A DNA stretch of 64,000 nucleotides from Pseudomonadota bacterium (GCA_021846225.1 JAJZCG010000001.1:15125-79124), one strand, 5' to 3'. Positions 38,960 to 50,641 are shown, numbered from the stretch's first letter. The notes: generated from the sequence alone by a model not told the origin. A program made the numbers and translations.

Positions 38960-40282
38960 ATGCAGGTTACCGAAACGCTCTCCGACGGCTTGAAGCGCGG
39001 CTTCACGGTCGTGGTTCCCGAACCCGAACTTGCCGCCAAGCGTGAGCAGCGTTTGGCCGAACTTGGCAAAACCATGCAGATGCCTGGTTTCCGGCCGGGC
39101 AAGGTGCCGATGTCGATGGTGCGCAAGCGCTATGGCGATGCCGTGGCCGCGGAAATCGTGGAAGGCGCGGTGAACGAAGCATCCGACCGCCTGCTCTCCG
39201 AGCGCAATCTGCGCCCCGCGATGCAGCCGAAGCTGGAAGTGACCAAGCCGGGGCAGAACTCCGATCTCGAGTTCACCATGGAACTTGAGGTGCTGCCCGA
39301 AATCACGATTCCCGAACTCGACGGCATTACGCTGAGCAAGCCGGTGGCGGCTGTTACTGATGAAGCCGTCAGTGAAGCCCTGGCCAAGATGGCCGAGCAG
39401 CGCAAGAGCTATACCCCGGTTGAAGAGCCCCGCCCGGCGGCGGCTGGTGAGCAGCTGACGGTGGATTTTATCGGCCGCATTGACGGTGAGGCTTTCCAGG
39501 GCGGCACTGCGGCGGATGTTGCGGTGGTGGTGGCCGGCGAGGGTTTCATCCCCGGCTTCTCCGAGCAGATGGAAGGCATCGCCCCCGGCGAGACGCGCAC
39601 CATCACGGTTGATTTTCCCGAGGATTACGGCGCCAAGGAGCTGGCCGGGAAGAAGGCTGAATTCGAAATCACCGCCAAGGCGCTCGCCGTGGCGCAGGTT
39701 CCGGCGATTGACGATGAATTTGCCAAGGGGCTTGGGCTGGAGTCGCTGGAAGACTTGCAAAAGAAGGTCTCCGAGCAGATTGGCCGCGAATATGAGCAGA
39801 TGACGCGCCTGAAGCTCAAGCGCAGCCTGCTCGACGCGCTGGCTGAACGCGCGCATTTCGAGGCGCCGGTTTCATTGGTTGATGCCGAGTTCGCTGAGAT
39901 CTGGCGCCAGGTGGAGCAGGAAAAAGCCGCGGGCCGGGCCGATCCGGAAGACGAGGCCAAGGACGAAGAGACGCTGAAGGCGGAATATAAGGCAATTGCC
40001 GACCGCCGGGTGCGTCTTGGCCTGCTGGTTGCGGAAATCGGCCGTGTTAATGCGGTGACGGTCTCCGACCAAGACCTCCAGCGCGCCATGTTCAACGAGG
40101 CGATGAAGTATCGCGAACAGGCGATGCAGGTTCTGGAGTTCTTCAAGAAGAACCCGCAGGCGCTCGAGCGCTTCCGTGGGCCCATTTTTGAAGACAAGGT
40201 GGTGGACTTCCTGCTTGAGCGCATCACCCAGGAAGAAACCAGCGTGAGCCCGGAAGAGCTGGCGGCTGACCCTGAATCTTAA
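38960..40282 (+). CDS. tig: Trigger factor
   Basis: MQVTET, PGFRPGKVP, FKBP domain DFIGRIDGEAFQGG...GFIPGFSEQ, RRVRLGLLVAEIG. Confidence 0.97.
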   Translation: MQVTETLSDGLKRGFTVVVPEPELAAKREQRLAELGKTMQMPGFRPGKVPMSMVRKRYGDAVAAEIVEGAVNEASDRLLSERNLRPAMQPKLEVTKPGQNSDLEFTMELEVLPEITIPELDGITLSKPVAAVTDEAVSEALAKMAEQRKSYTPVEEPRPAAAGEQLTVDFIGRIDGEAFQGGTAADVAVVVAGEGFIPGFSEQMEGIAPGETRTITVDFPEDYGAKELAGKKAEFEITAKALAVAQVPAIDDEFAKGLGLESLEDLQKKVSEQIGREYEQMTRLKLKRSLLDALAERAHFEAPVSLVDAEFAEIWRQVEQEKAAGRADPEDEAKDEETLKAEYKAIADRRVRLGLLVAEIGRVNAVTVSDQDLQRAMFNEAMKYREQAMQVLEFFKKNPQALERFRGPIFEDKVVDFLLERITQEETSVSPEELAADPES

Positions 40283-40414
40283 TACGGGACTAGACGCGCG
40301 CGTTTGATCCACTAACTTAGGTTCATGACGCTCCGTTCCGCCCGCGCCGCGGCCTTATGAAAGGCGCGGTGCGGTGCCGGGGCGGGCGGTTAGATAGAAC
40401 GAGGAATTTACAGT

Positions 40415-41083
40415 ATGTGGGATCGGGATCCAGTCGAGGTCTATAATAATAACCTCGTGCCGATGGTGGTTGAACAGACGGCGCGCGGGGAACGCTCCTA
40501 CGATATTTATTCCCGCCTGTTGAAGGAGCGGATCATTTTTCTGACTGGTCAGGTCTATGATCAGGTAAGCTCGCTGATTTGCGCGCAGCTGCTGTTCCTG
40601 GAAAGCGAGAATCCCAACAAGGATATTTCTTTCTATATCAACAGCCCCGGCGGTGTTGTGTCCTCCGGCCTCGCGATTTACGACACCATGCAGTATATCC
40701 GCAGCCCGGTCAGCACCGTCTGCATCGGGCAGGCGGCATCCATGGGCAGCCTGCTGCTTTGCGCGGGCGCGCCGGGCAAACGCTTTGCCCTGCCAAATGC
40801 CCGCGTCATGGTGCATCAGCCTTCTGGCGGCGCCCAGGGGCAGGCCACGGACATCGAAATCCAAGCCCGTGAAATCCTTAATCTGCGTAAGCGGCTGAAC
40901 CAGATCTATGTGGATCACACAGGTCAGCCGCTTGAGGCGATTGAGGCCAAGCTGGAACGCGATTCCTACATGTCGGCGCAGGAAGCGAAGGATTTCGGCA
41001 TCGTGGACGACGTTGTGAAAAGCCAGCCGCCATTGAGCGAAAGCCCGGCAACGCCGCCTAGCCCGCAGGAACCCGCGCGATAA
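40415..41083 (+). CDS. clpP: ATP-dependent Clp protease proteolytic subunit
   Basis: [45 protein letters not shown]. Confidence 0.98.
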   Translation: MWDRDPVEVYNNNLVPMVVEQTARGERSYDIYSRLLKERIIFLTGQVYDQVSSLICAQLLFLESENPNKDISFYINSPGGVVSSGLAIYDTMQYIRSPVSTVCIGQAASMGSLLLCAGAPGKRFALPNARVMVHQPSGGAQGQATDIEIQAREILNLRKRLNQIYVDHTGQPLEAIEAKLERDSYMSAQEAKDFGIVDDVVKSQPPLSESPATPPSPQEPAR

Positions 41084-41115
41084 GCGGAGAGTTGCTCATC
41101 AGGCGCTTTTCTGCG

Positions 41116-41149
41116 GAATTCAGCCTTGAACGCGAATTCAGGGTTGAAC
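41116..41149. repeat. Two 16-bp direct repeats with an 18-bp period, each containing a TTCA-N4-TGAA palindrome
   Basis: GAATTCAGCCTTGAAC gc GAATTCAGGGTTGAAC, followed by TTCAGG. Confidence 0.7.
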
Positions 41150-41305
41150 TTCAGGTGCCTTTGATGCCTCTGATCCCCGGATCTGGTGAAGGCCGGGGGT
41201 TAACTTTCTGAATTATTTTGGTTTTTCTCCCGCATATGCCGGCGCTTGTGTGCTCCTGCGCAGGGGGCTAATCTTTTCTCTTATATTTCGCGCTGTGGAG
41301 TGGTT

Positions 41306-42562
41306 ATGAGCAGCAAATCGAGCGACACCAAGAACACACTGTATTGTTCCTTTTGCGGGAAGTCGCAGCATGAGGTCCGTAAGCTTATCGCGGGTCCGAC
41401 GGTTTTCATCTGTGATGAATGCGTCGAGCTTTGCATGGATATCATCCGCGAGGAGCACAAAACCCATCTTGTGAAGTCGCGCGATGGCGTGCCGACGCCG
41501 CGTGAAATCTGCAAGGTGCTGGATGATTATGTGATCGGCCAGGGGCATGCGAAAAAAGTGCTCAGCGTGGCGGTGCATAACCACTACAAGCGGCTCTCGC
41601 ACGCGACGAAGAACAATGACATTGAAATCGCGAAATCCAACATCATGCTGGTTGGCCCCACCGGCTCGGGTAAAACCTTGCTGGCCCAGACGCTGGCCCG
41701 CATTCTCGATGTGCCCTTCACCATGGCCGACGCGACGACCCTGACCGAGGCCGGGTATGTGGGCGAGGATGTGGAGAATATCATTCTCAAGCTGTTGCAG
41801 GCGGCTGATTATAACGTCGAGCGGGCGCAGCGGGGGATCGTTTATATCGACGAGGTCGATAAAATAAGCCGCAAATCAGACAATCCCTCGATCACCCGCG
41901 ATGTGAGCGGGGAGGGGGTGCAGCAGGCCCTGCTGAAGATCATGGAAGGCACGGTCGCCTCGGTGCCGCCGCAGGGTGGGCGCAAGCATCCCCAGCAGGA
42001 GTTTCTGCAGGTTGATACCACCAATATCCTCTTCATCTGCGGCGGTGCGTTCGCCGGGCTGGAGAAGATTATCGGGCAGCGTGGCAAGGGGTCGGGCATT
42101 GGCTTTGGCGCTGATGTCCGCAGTCCGGATGAGCGGCGCACCGGGCAGATTTTGCGCGAGGTTGAGCCGGAGGATTTGCTTAAATTCGGCCTGATTCCGG
42201 AGTTCATCGGCCGTCTGCCCGTGGTTGCCACGCTGGATGACCTGGATGAGACGGTGTTGATCGAAATTTTGACCAAGCCGAAGAATGCCCTGGTCAAGCA
42301 ATACGGCCGCCTGTTCGAAATGGAGGGGGTCAAGCTCACCTTCACCGATGAGGCGCTGAAGGTTGTTGCCGAACGGGCGATCAAGCGCAAGACCGGCGCG
42401 CGCGGCCTGCGTTCGATCATGGAGGGTATTTTGCTGACAACCATGTTCGACCTGCCGGGCCTGGATGGCGTGGCGGAGGTTGTCATCAGCGGAGATGTGG
42501 CCGAAGGCCGGGCCGAGCCGCTGTTTATGTACGCGGAGAAACGTGCGGAGACGGCGTCCTGA
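41306..42562 (+). CDS. clpX: ATP-dependent Clp protease ATP-binding subunit
   Basis: [20 protein letters not shown] Zn finger, [31 protein letters not shown]. Confidence 0.98.
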   Translation: MSSKSSDTKNTLYCSFCGKSQHEVRKLIAGPTVFICDECVELCMDIIREEHKTHLVKSRDGVPTPREICKVLDDYVIGQGHAKKVLSVAVHNHYKRLSHATKNNDIEIAKSNIMLVGPTGSGKTLLAQTLARILDVPFTMADATTLTEAGYVGEDVENIILKLLQAADYNVERAQRGIVYIDEVDKISRKSDNPSITRDVSGEGVQQALLKIMEGTVASVPPQGGRKHPQQEFLQVDTTNILFICGGAFAGLEKIIGQRGKGSGIGFGADVRSPDERRTGQILREVEPEDLLKFGLIPEFIGRLPVVATLDDLDETVLIEILTKPKNALVKQYGRLFEMEGVKLTFTDEALKVVAERAIKRKTGARGLRSIMEGILLTTMFDLPGLDGVAEVVISGDVAEGRAEPLFMYAEKRAETAS

Positions 42563-42597
42563 GGCGAGGGCCTGGCCAAATTGAGGGGATGGCAGGT

Positions 42598-42626
42598 CTT
42601 GCAGGCCTGCCAAACCAGACCGATAT
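42598..42626 (+). promoter_or_regulatory. RpoH (sigma32)-like promoter upstream of lon
   Basis: CTTG-N18-CCGATAT, close to the alphaproteobacterial CTTG-N17/18-CYTATNT consensus. Confidence 0.5.
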
Positions 42627-42701
42627 GTCCATTTGTGGCCGGAGACCGGCGCCGTGTGCTGTGCCTGTAAGGGCAGTGCATGAGGCTTAAAGGAACCCAT
42701 T

Positions 42702-45113
42702 ATGTCTGACGTTACAAAGCCTGCCCCTCTCTCTGATACTCTGGCGGTCCTGCCGCTCAGGGATATCGTGGTATTCCCGCATATGATCGTGCCGCTCTTC
42801 GTTGGGCGCGATAAATCCGTGCGGGCTCTGGAGAGCGTGATGAAGGAGGATAAGCAAATCCTTCTGGTCGCGCAGAAGAATGCCGCGCAAGATGATCCTT
42901 CCGCGGAGGATATTTACAAAGTTGGAACCATTTCCACGGTTCTGCAGCTGCTTAAGCTACCTGACGGCACGGTAAAGGTGCTGGTGGAAGGCATAAGACG
43001 GGCGCGGATTACGAGCTTCAAAGAGACCGAAGATTATTTCGAGGTTTTCGCGGATCCGATCGAGGATCAGGCGGATGACGAAAAAGAGGTCGAAGCGCTT
43101 GGCCGCACCGTTGTTTCGCAGTTCGAGCAGTACATCAAGCTCAACAAAAAAATCGCGCCAGAAGTTTTGGTCTCTGTTAACCAGATCGACTCGCCATCCA
43201 AACTTGCGGATACTGTTGCCAGCCATCTGGGATTGAAAATCTCCGATAAGCAGGAGCTGCTGGAACTTGGCAGTACGAGCGAGCGGCTTGAGCGCGTATT
43301 CAACCATATGGAATCCGAAATCGGGGTGCTCCAGGTTGAAAAGAAGATCCGCAACCGCGTGAAGCGGCAGATGGAGAAGACCCAGCGCGAGTATTACTTG
43401 AACGAGCAGCTGAAGGCGATCCAGAAGGAGCTAGGCGAAGGCGAGGACGGCAAAGACGAAACCGCCGAGCTTGAAGCCAAAATTAATGCCACCAAGCTCT
43501 CCAAGGAGGCACGCGAAAAAGCGGTGGCAGAGCTGAAAAAATTGCGCAGCATGAGCCCGATGAGCGCGGAAGCGACGGTCGTGCGCAATTATTTGGACTG
43601 GATACTGGGCATCCCCTGGAAGAAGCGCAGCAAAATCAAGAATGACGTGGTCGAGGCCGAGCGCGTGCTCAACGCTGACCATTATGGACTCGAGAAAATC
43701 AAGGAACGAATCGTCGAGTATCTGGCGGTGCAGTCGCGCAGTCCTAAGCTGCGGGGGGCGATTCTCTGCCTCGTCGGCCCGCCGGGTGTTGGCAAAACCT
43801 CGCTGGGCAAGTCCATCGCCAAGGCCACCGGACGCAATTTTGTCCGCATGTCGCTGGGCGGTGTACGCGATGAAGCTGAAATTCGCGGGCACCGGCGGAC
43901 GTATATCGGCTCCATGCCGGGCAAGATCATCCAGGGCATGAAGAAGGCCAAAACCTCTAATCCCCTGTTTTTGCTCGATGAAATTGACAAGCTTGGTGCT
44001 GACTGGCGCGGAGATCCGTCATCGGCCCTGCTGGAGGTGCTGGACCCGGAGCAGAACGCGAGCTTTGCCGATCATTACATGGAGGTCGATTATGATCTCT
44101 CGGATGTCATGTTTGTCACCACGGCGAACAGCCTGAACATGCCGCAGCCGCTGTTGGACCGTATGGAGATCATCCGTATTCCCGGTTACACCGAAGATGA
44201 GAAGGTTGAAATCGCCAAGCGGCATCTTGTCTCCAAGCAAGGCGAAGCGCACGGGCTGAAAAAGGACGAATGGTCCATTACGGACGATGCGCTGCATGAA
44301 CTGGTCCGCACCTACACGCGCGAGGCCGGGGTTCGTAACCTTGAGCGTGAAATCGCCACCATTGCGCGCAAGGCGGTGAAAGAGATCGTAACCACCAAGA
44401 CCAAGAAGGTTATGATCAGCAAGCGCAACCTGGAGAAATTCTCGGGCGTTGCGAAATACCGCTATGGCGAGACGGAGGCCGAGGACATGGTCGGTGTCGT
44501 CACCGGCCTGGCCTGGACCGAGGTTGGCGGAGAGATTCTCACCATTGAGAGTGTGCTGCTGCCAGGTAAGGGCAATATCAAGCAGACCGGAAAGCTTGGC
44601 GATGTCATGCAGGAAAGTGTGCAGGCGGCTTATTCCTATGTCCGCTCGCGCGCTGCCCAGTTTGGGATCAAGCCGCCGTTTTTCGATAAGCGCGACATCC
44701 ATGTGCATGTGCCAGAAGGGGCGACGCCCAAGGATGGTCCGTCAGCCGGTATCGCGATGGCGACTTCGATTGTCAGCGCCATCACGGGGATCCCGATTCG
44801 CCGTGATATCGCGATGACGGGCGAGATCACCCTGCGTGGCCGGGTGTTGCCAATTGGTGGTTTGAAGGAAAAACTTTTGGCCGCGTTGCGCGCCGGGATT
44901 ACCACCGTCATCATCCCCAAGGACAATGAAAAGGATCTCATCGAGATCCCGGCCAACGTCAAAAAAGGGTTGACGATCATCCCTGTATCCCATGTCGATG
45001 AGGTCATCGGGCGCGCGCTCAGCCGCAAGCCTGAACCGATTGATTGGGATGACATAACCGATGAGATCGCCGCGGCACCCGGCGACACCAGGGCGGCATC
45101 CTTGCCGCACTAA
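42702..45113 (+). CDS. lon: Lon protease
   Basis: [43 protein letters not shown] (catalytic Ser), IGGLKEK (catalytic Lys). Confidence 0.98.
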   Translation: MSDVTKPAPLSDTLAVLPLRDIVVFPHMIVPLFVGRDKSVRALESVMKEDKQILLVAQKNAAQDDPSAEDIYKVGTISTVLQLLKLPDGTVKVLVEGIRRARITSFKETEDYFEVFADPIEDQADDEKEVEALGRTVVSQFEQYIKLNKKIAPEVLVSVNQIDSPSKLADTVASHLGLKISDKQELLELGSTSERLERVFNHMESEIGVLQVEKKIRNRVKRQMEKTQREYYLNEQLKAIQKELGEGEDGKDETAELEAKINATKLSKEAREKAVAELKKLRSMSPMSAEATVVRNYLDWILGIPWKKRSKIKNDVVEAERVLNADHYGLEKIKERIVEYLAVQSRSPKLRGAILCLVGPPGVGKTSLGKSIAKATGRNFVRMSLGGVRDEAEIRGHRRTYIGSMPGKIIQGMKKAKTSNPLFLLDEIDKLGADWRGDPSSALLEVLDPEQNASFADHYMEVDYDLSDVMFVTTANSLNMPQPLLDRMEIIRIPGYTEDEKVEIAKRHLVSKQGEAHGLKKDEWSITDDALHELVRTYTREAGVRNLEREIATIARKAVKEIVTTKTKKVMISKRNLEKFSGVAKYRYGETEAEDMVGVVTGLAWTEVGGEILTIESVLLPGKGNIKQTGKLGDVMQESVQAAYSYVRSRAAQFGIKPPFFDKRDIHVHVPEGATPKDGPSAGIAMATSIVSAITGIPIRRDIAMTGEITLRGRVLPIGGLKEKLLAALRAGITTVIIPKDNEKDLIEIPANVKKGLTIIPVSHVDEVIGRALSRKPEPIDWDDITDEIAAAPGDTRAASLPH

Positions 45114-45123
45114 CAGCCGTTAT

Positions 45124-45152
45124 TTGACGGGCGCACCTCAAGTTAGGTATCT
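45124..45152 (+). promoter_or_regulatory. Sigma70-type promoter candidate for the HU gene
   Basis: TTGACG-N17-GTATCT. Confidence 0.4.
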
Positions 45153-45175
45153 ACTGGCGTTACTATCACCGATGA

Positions 45176-45215
45176 CCCACCCGCATCTAACGCTGGATGC
45201 AGGTGGGCGTTTTTT
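45176..45215 (+). terminator. Terminator-like hairpin between lon and the HU gene
   Basis: CCCACC-C-GCATC...GATGC-A-GGTGGG followed by CGTTTTTT. Confidence 0.6.
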
Positions 45216-45243
45216 GCATGATCCACAACATGGAGTTTTACCC

Positions 45244-45516
45244 GTGAACAAAAACGATTTGATTGCCGCCGTCGCCGACGAGACCGACATCACGAAGGCC
45301 AAGGCGGCTGAGGTGGTAGACGCCGTGTTTGGTGCGATCGAGAAGACGCTGAAGGCGAAAGAGGAAGTGCGTCTGGTCGGTTTTGGTACATTTGCCACCG
45401 CCGAGCGCGAAGCTTCCAAGGGCCGTAATCCGCGTACTGGCGAAGAAATTGATATTCCCGCCTCCACCTCGGTTCGTTTCAAGGCTGGCAAAACCTTGAA
45501 GGATGCGGTTAACTAA
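45244..45516 (+). CDS. hup: DNA-binding protein HU
   Basis: GTG start; NKNDLIAAVA, VRLVGFGTF, GRNPRTGEEIDIPA, FKAGKTLKDAVN. Confidence 0.96.
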   Translation: MNKNDLIAAVADETDITKAKAAEVVDAVFGAIEKTLKAKEEVRLVGFGTFATAEREASKGRNPRTGEEIDIPASTSVRFKAGKTLKDAVN

Positions 45517-45560
45517 TTTTGTCCCGGTGGACGGCGAGAGCCGTCCTCTTTTAGAAGTTT

Positions 45561-45632
45561 GGGCGGTTAGCTCAGCGGTAGAGCGTCTCGTTTACACCGA
45601 GAGGGTCGGCGGTTCAAACCCGTCACCGCCTA
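45561..45632 (+). tRNA. tRNA-Val (anticodon TAC), CCA not encoded
   Basis: GGGCGGT/ACCGCCT acceptor stem, TCTCG-TTTACAC-CGAGA anticodon arm, GGTTCAAAC T loop. Confidence 0.93.
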
Positions 45633-45709
45633 TTCCTTCCTTGATTTTCCTCAGTTTTTTTGTGCCGTATTGTAATTTTTGGTGTTGCGGCTGTCTTGAA
45701 TAGAGTTTT

Positions 45710-45751
45710 GCGCATCATGCGCTTGACGATGATCACATAGCCCTTTACACC
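45710..45751 (+). promoter_or_regulatory. Promoter for tRNA-Asp with an adjacent palindrome
   Basis: GCGCAT-C-ATGCGC directly before TTGACG-N17-TACACC. Confidence 0.5.
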
Positions 45752-45766
45752 GCCGCTTACTGAAAT

Positions 45767-45843
<77 letters not shown>

Positions 45844-45991
45844 GTATGGCGAAAGCCACACTGGCCCCAGAAAACAAACCTCTCCATCGTTTCGCAGTCT
45901 TGACCATATCTTGTCGCGGTGCGACACGGCGGATACGGTTCTGTTGTTGGCCATGCCAACTCTGACCAAGCCAGGGATAAGGAGTTACGCG

Positions 45992-46357
45992 GTGCAGCCG
46001 GTCCTTTCACAGTACTTCCCGATACTCGTTTTTGGGGCGATTGCTGCGCTCATCGGCGTTGCGTTCGTATTCGGGTCTCTTTTTGCAGCCCGCCAGAAGC
46101 CCTATGCCGCCAAGCTCTCGGCATATGAATGCGGCTTCGAGGCTTTCGGTGATGCGCGGCGCCGGTTTGACGTTCGCTTCTACCTGGTTGCCATTTTGTT
46201 TATTATTTTCGACGTAGAAGTTGCCTTCCTTTTTCCCTGGGCCGTCAGCCTGTCGCGAATCGGCCTTCTCGGCTTTTTCTCGATGCTGGGGTTTTTAGGT
46301 GTTTTGACGGTTGGCTTCATCTATGAGTGGAACAAGGGCGCACTGGATTGGGAGTAG
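45992..46357 (+). CDS. nuoA: NADH-quinone oxidoreductase subunit A
   Basis: SD AAGGAG then GTG; [34 protein letters not shown]. Confidence 0.96.
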   Translation: MQPVLSQYFPILVFGAIAALIGVAFVFGSLFAARQKPYAAKLSAYECGFEAFGDARRRFDVRFYLVAILFIIFDVEVAFLFPWAVSLSRIGLLGFFSMLGFLGVLTVGFIYEWNKGALDWE

Positions 46358-46361
46358 CTAA

Positions 46362-46922
46362 ATGAGCGTTTCCACGGATACCGCGCTCGCCTGGAACCGG
46401 GATCATCTGCCGCAGGGTTCTGCGCAGGATGCCGTCATCAAAGGCATCACGGGCGAGATTGCAGGCAAGGGTTTTGTTGTCGCCAATATGGATAAATTGG
46501 TGAACTGGGCCCGTACCGGAAGCCTGTGGCCGATGACCTTCGGGTTGGCTTGCTGCGCGGTGGAGATGATCCACGCCTACATGCCGCATTACGACCTGGA
46601 CCGATTCGGGATCATCCCCCGCGCCAGTCCGCGGCAAAGCGATGTGATGATTGTCGCCGGCACGTTGACCAATAAAATGGCGCCGGCGCTGCGCCGGGTC
46701 TATGACCAGATGCCCGAGCCTCGCTGGGTCATCTCCATGGGCAGCTGCGCCAACGGCGGCGGCTATTACCATTATTCTTACTCTGTGGTGCGTGGCTGCG
46801 ACCGTATCGTGCCGGTGGATATCTACGTCCCCGGTTGCCCGCCGACGGCGGAAGCGCTGGTCTACGGCATTATGCAATTGCAGAAAAAAATCCGGCGGAC
46901 AGGGACAATTTTGCGTGGCTGA
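46362..46922 (+). CDS. nuoB: NADH-quinone oxidoreductase subunit B
   Basis: [38 protein letters not shown]. Confidence 0.97.
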   Translation: MSVSTDTALAWNRDHLPQGSAQDAVIKGITGEIAGKGFVVANMDKLVNWARTGSLWPMTFGLACCAVEMIHAYMPHYDLDRFGIIPRASPRQSDVMIVAGTLTNKMAPALRRVYDQMPEPRWVISMGSCANGGGYYHYSYSVVRGCDRIVPVDIYVPGCPPTAEALVYGIMQLQKKIRRTGTILRG

Positions 46923-47520
46923 CGAATCAATCAAGGTTGATACCGTGTTGGACGCCGTAGCGGCGCTGCCCGGTGTAATGGTGGCCCGGCGCGATCTGGG
47001 CGAACTGGTGGTCGAAGCCGCGCGAGGTGACGCCTACGCTTTGTTCACCCGGTTGCGCGATGAGTTTGCCTTCGCGCAGGTCATGGACATCTGCGGCGTT
47101 GATTTCCCCGAGCGTGCCGCCCGGTTTGATGTGATATACAACCTGCTCTCGGTTACGCGTAATGAGCGGGTCCGGGTCGTGGTGCAGGTTGCCGACTCGG
47201 TTTCCCTCACCTCGGTCTCCTCCCTATGGCTAAGCGCCACCTGGTGGGAACGCGAGGTATGGGATCTTTTCGGCATTCCGTTTGAGGGGCTGGCCGATCA
47301 TCGGCGGATCCTCACCGACTATGGATTCGAGGGACACCCGTTGCGCAAGGATTTTCCGCTCACCGGCTATGTTGAGGTTCATTATGATGATGAACAAAAA
47401 TCCGTGGTCTACGACAAGGTAAAGCTCACGCAGGAATTCCGCAATTTTGATTTTCTTTCGCCCTGGGAGGGGATGACCACGCTTCCCGGCGATGAGAAAG
47501 CCCGGGGGGACCGCAAATGA
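46915..47520 (+). CDS. nuoC: NADH-quinone oxidoreductase subunit C
   Basis: [37 protein letters not shown] start overlaps the nuoB stop. Confidence 0.95.
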   Translation: MADESIKVDTVLDAVAALPGVMVARRDLGELVVEAARGDAYALFTRLRDEFAFAQVMDICGVDFPERAARFDVIYNLLSVTRNERVRVVVQVADSVSLTSVSSLWLSATWWEREVWDLFGIPFEGLADHRRILTDYGFEGHPLRKDFPLTGYVEVHYDDEQKSVVYDKVKLTQEFRNFDFLSPWEGMTTLPGDEKARGDRK

Positions 47521-48719
47521 GCGAGCTCACGACCCTCACATCGAAGACCGTTGAAATCGATAATCATACCATAAACTTCGGGCCGCAGCATCCGGCCGCG
47601 CATGGTGTGCTCCGCCTCATCCTGGAGATGGATGGCGAAGTGGTTGAACGCGCCGATCCGCATATCGGCCTGCTGCATCGCGGCACTGAAAAGCTGATCG
47701 AATATAAGAGCTATCTCCAGGCTGTTCCGTATTTTGACCGTCTGGATTACGTCTCGCCAATGGCCTGCGAATACGCTTTCGCTTTGGCAACGGAAAAATT
47801 GCTGGGAATTACAGCGCCGGATCGCGCGCAGTGGATTCGCGTGATGTTTGCTGAAATCACGCGTGTGCTGAACCATCTGCTGGGTGTCTCCAGTTTTGCG
47901 CTGGACTGCGGCGCGCTCACCCCTGGCCTGTGGGGTTATGTGGAGCGTGAAAAGCTTCTTGAGTTCCATGAAGCTGTCTCTGGTGCGCGCTTTCATTCCA
48001 ACTATTTCCGGCCAGGCGGTGTCGCCAAGGATCTGCCGGCGGGGCTTGCGGAGGATATCGCGGCCTGGGCGGAAACCTTTCCGAAATTCATCGACGATGT
48101 GGAAGCTCTGCTCACGGGCAATCGTATCTGGAAACAGCGCGTTGTCGACATTGGGGTGATCCCGGCCGAGGATGCGCTGGCCTGGGGCTTCTCAGGGCCT
48201 TGTCTGCGCGCCTCCGGCATTGCGTGGGATCTGCGCCGCTCTCAGCCGTATGACAAATACAGCGAAGTGGATTTCGAAATTCCCGTTGGCCGTCACGGTG
48301 ATTGTTACGATCGTTATCTGGTCCGTATCGCCGAGATGCGTGAGAGCGTGAAGATCGTTAAGCAATGCCTGCAAAAAATGAAACCAGGGCCGATCAAAGT
48401 CCAGGATCATAAAATTGCGCCGCCTACCCGTGCCGCGATGAAGCAGTCGATGGAAGCGTTGATCCATCACTTCAAGCTCTACACCGAAGGTTATCATGTT
48501 CCTGCCGGCGCCACATATACGGTGGTTGAGGCGCCTAAGGGTGAGTTCGGAGTCTATCTCGTGTCGGATGGTACAAACCGTCCCTACCGTTGCAAAATCC
48601 GCTCAACAGGGTTCTCGCATTTGCAGGCCCTTGAGACACTTGCAAAAGGCCACATGCTGGCCGATACGGTGGCGATTATTGGTTCCCTTGATATTGTTTT
48701 TGGTGAGATCGACCGGTGA
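47517..48719 (+). CDS. nuoD: NADH-quinone oxidoreductase subunit D
   Basis: [46 protein letters not shown]. Confidence 0.97.
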   Translation: MSELTTLTSKTVEIDNHTINFGPQHPAAHGVLRLILEMDGEVVERADPHIGLLHRGTEKLIEYKSYLQAVPYFDRLDYVSPMACEYAFALATEKLLGITAPDRAQWIRVMFAEITRVLNHLLGVSSFALDCGALTPGLWGYVEREKLLEFHEAVSGARFHSNYFRPGGVAKDLPAGLAEDIAAWAETFPKFIDDVEALLTGNRIWKQRVVDIGVIPAEDALAWGFSGPCLRASGIAWDLRRSQPYDKYSEVDFEIPVGRHGDCYDRYLVRIAEMRESVKIVKQCLQKMKPGPIKVQDHKIAPPTRAAMKQSMEALIHHFKLYTEGYHVPAGATYTVVEAPKGEFGVYLVSDGTNRPYRCKIRSTGFSHLQALETLAKGHMLADTVAIIGSLDIVFGEIDR

Positions 48720-49339
48720 ACGCAAATATAGAGCCGACAGATTTCGTGTTTGATGCCGCCGCGGAAGCCGCGGTTGCCAAGGCGATTGCACGCTACCCGG
48801 CGGGCAAGCAGGCTAGCGCTGTTATGGCCTTGCTGGATATTGCGCAACGGCAAATGGAACGGCTGACAGGCACCGCCTGGGTGCCCCGCCTGGCGATGGA
48901 TGTGGTTGCGCAGCGTTTGGGAATCGCGCCGGCTCGCGTGTACGAAATTGCAACGTTTTATACGATGTACAACACCAAGCCGGTTGGTAAATACCATCTG
49001 CAGGTTTGCACCACGACTCCTTGCTGGCTACGCGGGTCGGATGAAGTTGTCTCCTCGTGCAAAAAAGTTACGGGTATTGAAGGCTTCGGCCAGACCAGCG
49101 AGGATGGCCTGTTCACCATGACGGAAGTGGAATGTCTCGGTGGGTGTGTGAATGCCCCCATTCTGCAGATCAATGATGATTACTATGAAGATCTGGACGC
49201 GGCGCGGACGGAAGCTTTGCTGAACGAATTGAAATCCGGCGCTCCTTTGCCGCCGGCAGGCTCAAGCATCGGCCGCCAGGCTTCGGCCCCGGTGACGAAT
49301 CAGACAGCCTTGCTGAACAACACCAAGCCGGTGGAGTGA
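48716..49339 (+). CDS. nuoE: NADH-quinone oxidoreductase subunit E
   Basis: [33 protein letters not shown]. Confidence 0.96.
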   Translation: MNANIEPTDFVFDAAAEAAVAKAIARYPAGKQASAVMALLDIAQRQMERLTGTAWVPRLAMDVVAQRLGIAPARVYEIATFYTMYNTKPVGKYHLQVCTTTPCWLRGSDEVVSSCKKVTGIEGFGQTSEDGLFTMTEVECLGGCVNAPILQINDDYYEDLDAARTEALLNELKSGAPLPPAGSSIGRQASAPVTNQTALLNNTKPVE

Positions 49340-49342
49340 GAC

Positions 49343-50638
49343 ATGCTGAATGATGCGGATAGAATTTATCAAAACCTGTATGGTCAGCAGGATTGGCATC
49401 TCTCCGGCGCGCGTGCGCGCGGTGACTGGAATGCGACGGCGGATATTCTGGCGCGTGGCCGGGATGCGATTATCGAGGAAGTAAAAGCCTCGGGTCTGCG
49501 TGGCCGTGGGGGGGCTGGTTTCCCGACGGGCATGAAATGGTCGTTCATGCCCAAGCAGAGCGACGGCCGCCCGTCGTATCTCGTTGTCAATGCCGATGAG
49601 AGTGAGCCCGGCACCTGCAAAGACCGCGATATTATCAGGCACGAACCGCACAAGCTGATTGAAGGCAGCCTGATTGCCGGTTTCGCCATGGGCGCGCACA
49701 CGGCTTTCATCTATATCCGTGGTGAATATTATAACGAGGCGGCGCGTCTTCAAGCGGCGATTGAAGAAGCCTATGCCGCCGGGTTGCTCGGCAAAAATGC
49801 CGCCGGTTCGGGGTGGGATTTCGATCTGGTGCTGCATCGTGGCGCCGGTGCGTATATTTGCGGTGAAGAGTCGGCGTTACTGGAAAGCCTGGAAGGTAAA
49901 AAAGGAATGCCGCGGATGAAGCCGCCGTTCCCCGCTGCCATGGGCCTGTACGGCTGTCCGACCACGGTGAACAATGTTGAATCCATTGCCGGTGTGCCGA
50001 CGATTTTGCGCCGTGGCGCGGCATGGTTCTCGGCGCTTGGCCGCCCTAAAAATGCTGGCACCAAAATTTTCTGCATCTCCGGCCATGTGAATCGTCCGTG
50101 TAATGTCGAGGAAGAACTCGGCACGCCGCTGAAAGATTTGATCGAGAAGCATGCCGGGGGCGTGCGCGGCGGTTGGGATAATCTTCAGGCGGTTATCCCC
50201 GGCGGCGCTTCGATGCCGATCCTGAACAAGGAAATGTGCGAAACCCAGTTGATGGATTTCGATTCTCTGGCGGCGGTACGCAGCGGCCTTGGCTCCGGTG
50301 CCATCATCGTTATGGATAAATCGGCCGATGTCGTCAAAGCCATATGGCGCCTGTCCAAATTCTTCAAGCATGAGAGCTGCGGGCAGTGCACGCCTTGCCG
50401 TGAGGGCACGGGCTGGATGATGCGTATGATGGACCGCATCGTGCAGGGCAAAGCTTCAATGGCCGATATCGCGCTGATGGAGCAGGTGACCACGCAGGTT
50501 GCCGGGCATACCATCTGCGCTTTTGGTGACGCGGCGGCGTGGCCAATCCAGGGGTTGATGCGCGCTTTCCGCCCGCTGGTCGAACAACGGGCAACGGACT
50601 ATAAGCCGGCCCAACCACTCGCCCAGGCGGCGGAGTAA
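49343..50638 (+). CDS. nuoF: NADH-quinone oxidoreductase subunit F
   Basis: [61 protein letters not shown]. Confidence 0.97.
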   Translation: MLNDADRIYQNLYGQQDWHLSGARARGDWNATADILARGRDAIIEEVKASGLRGRGGAGFPTGMKWSFMPKQSDGRPSYLVVNADESEPGTCKDRDIIRHEPHKLIEGSLIAGFAMGAHTAFIYIRGEYYNEAARLQAAIEEAYAAGLLGKNAAGSGWDFDLVLHRGAGAYICGEESALLESLEGKKGMPRMKPPFPAAMGLYGCPTTVNNVESIAGVPTILRRGAAWFSALGRPKNAGTKIFCISGHVNRPCNVEEELGTPLKDLIEKHAGGVRGGWDNLQAVIPGGASMPILNKEMCETQLMDFDSLAAVRSGLGSGAIIVMDKSADVVKAIWRLSKFFKHESCGQCTPCREGTGWMMRMMDRIVQGKASMADIALMEQVTTQVAGHTICAFGDAAAWPIQGLMRAFRPLVEQRATDYKPAQPLAQAAE

Positions 50639-50641
50639 ACC

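Noticed and set aside
41116-41149. CRISPR mini-array or iteron interpretation of the direct repeats
   Set aside because: There are only two 16-bp units separated by 2 bp, no spacers, and no cas or rep gene.
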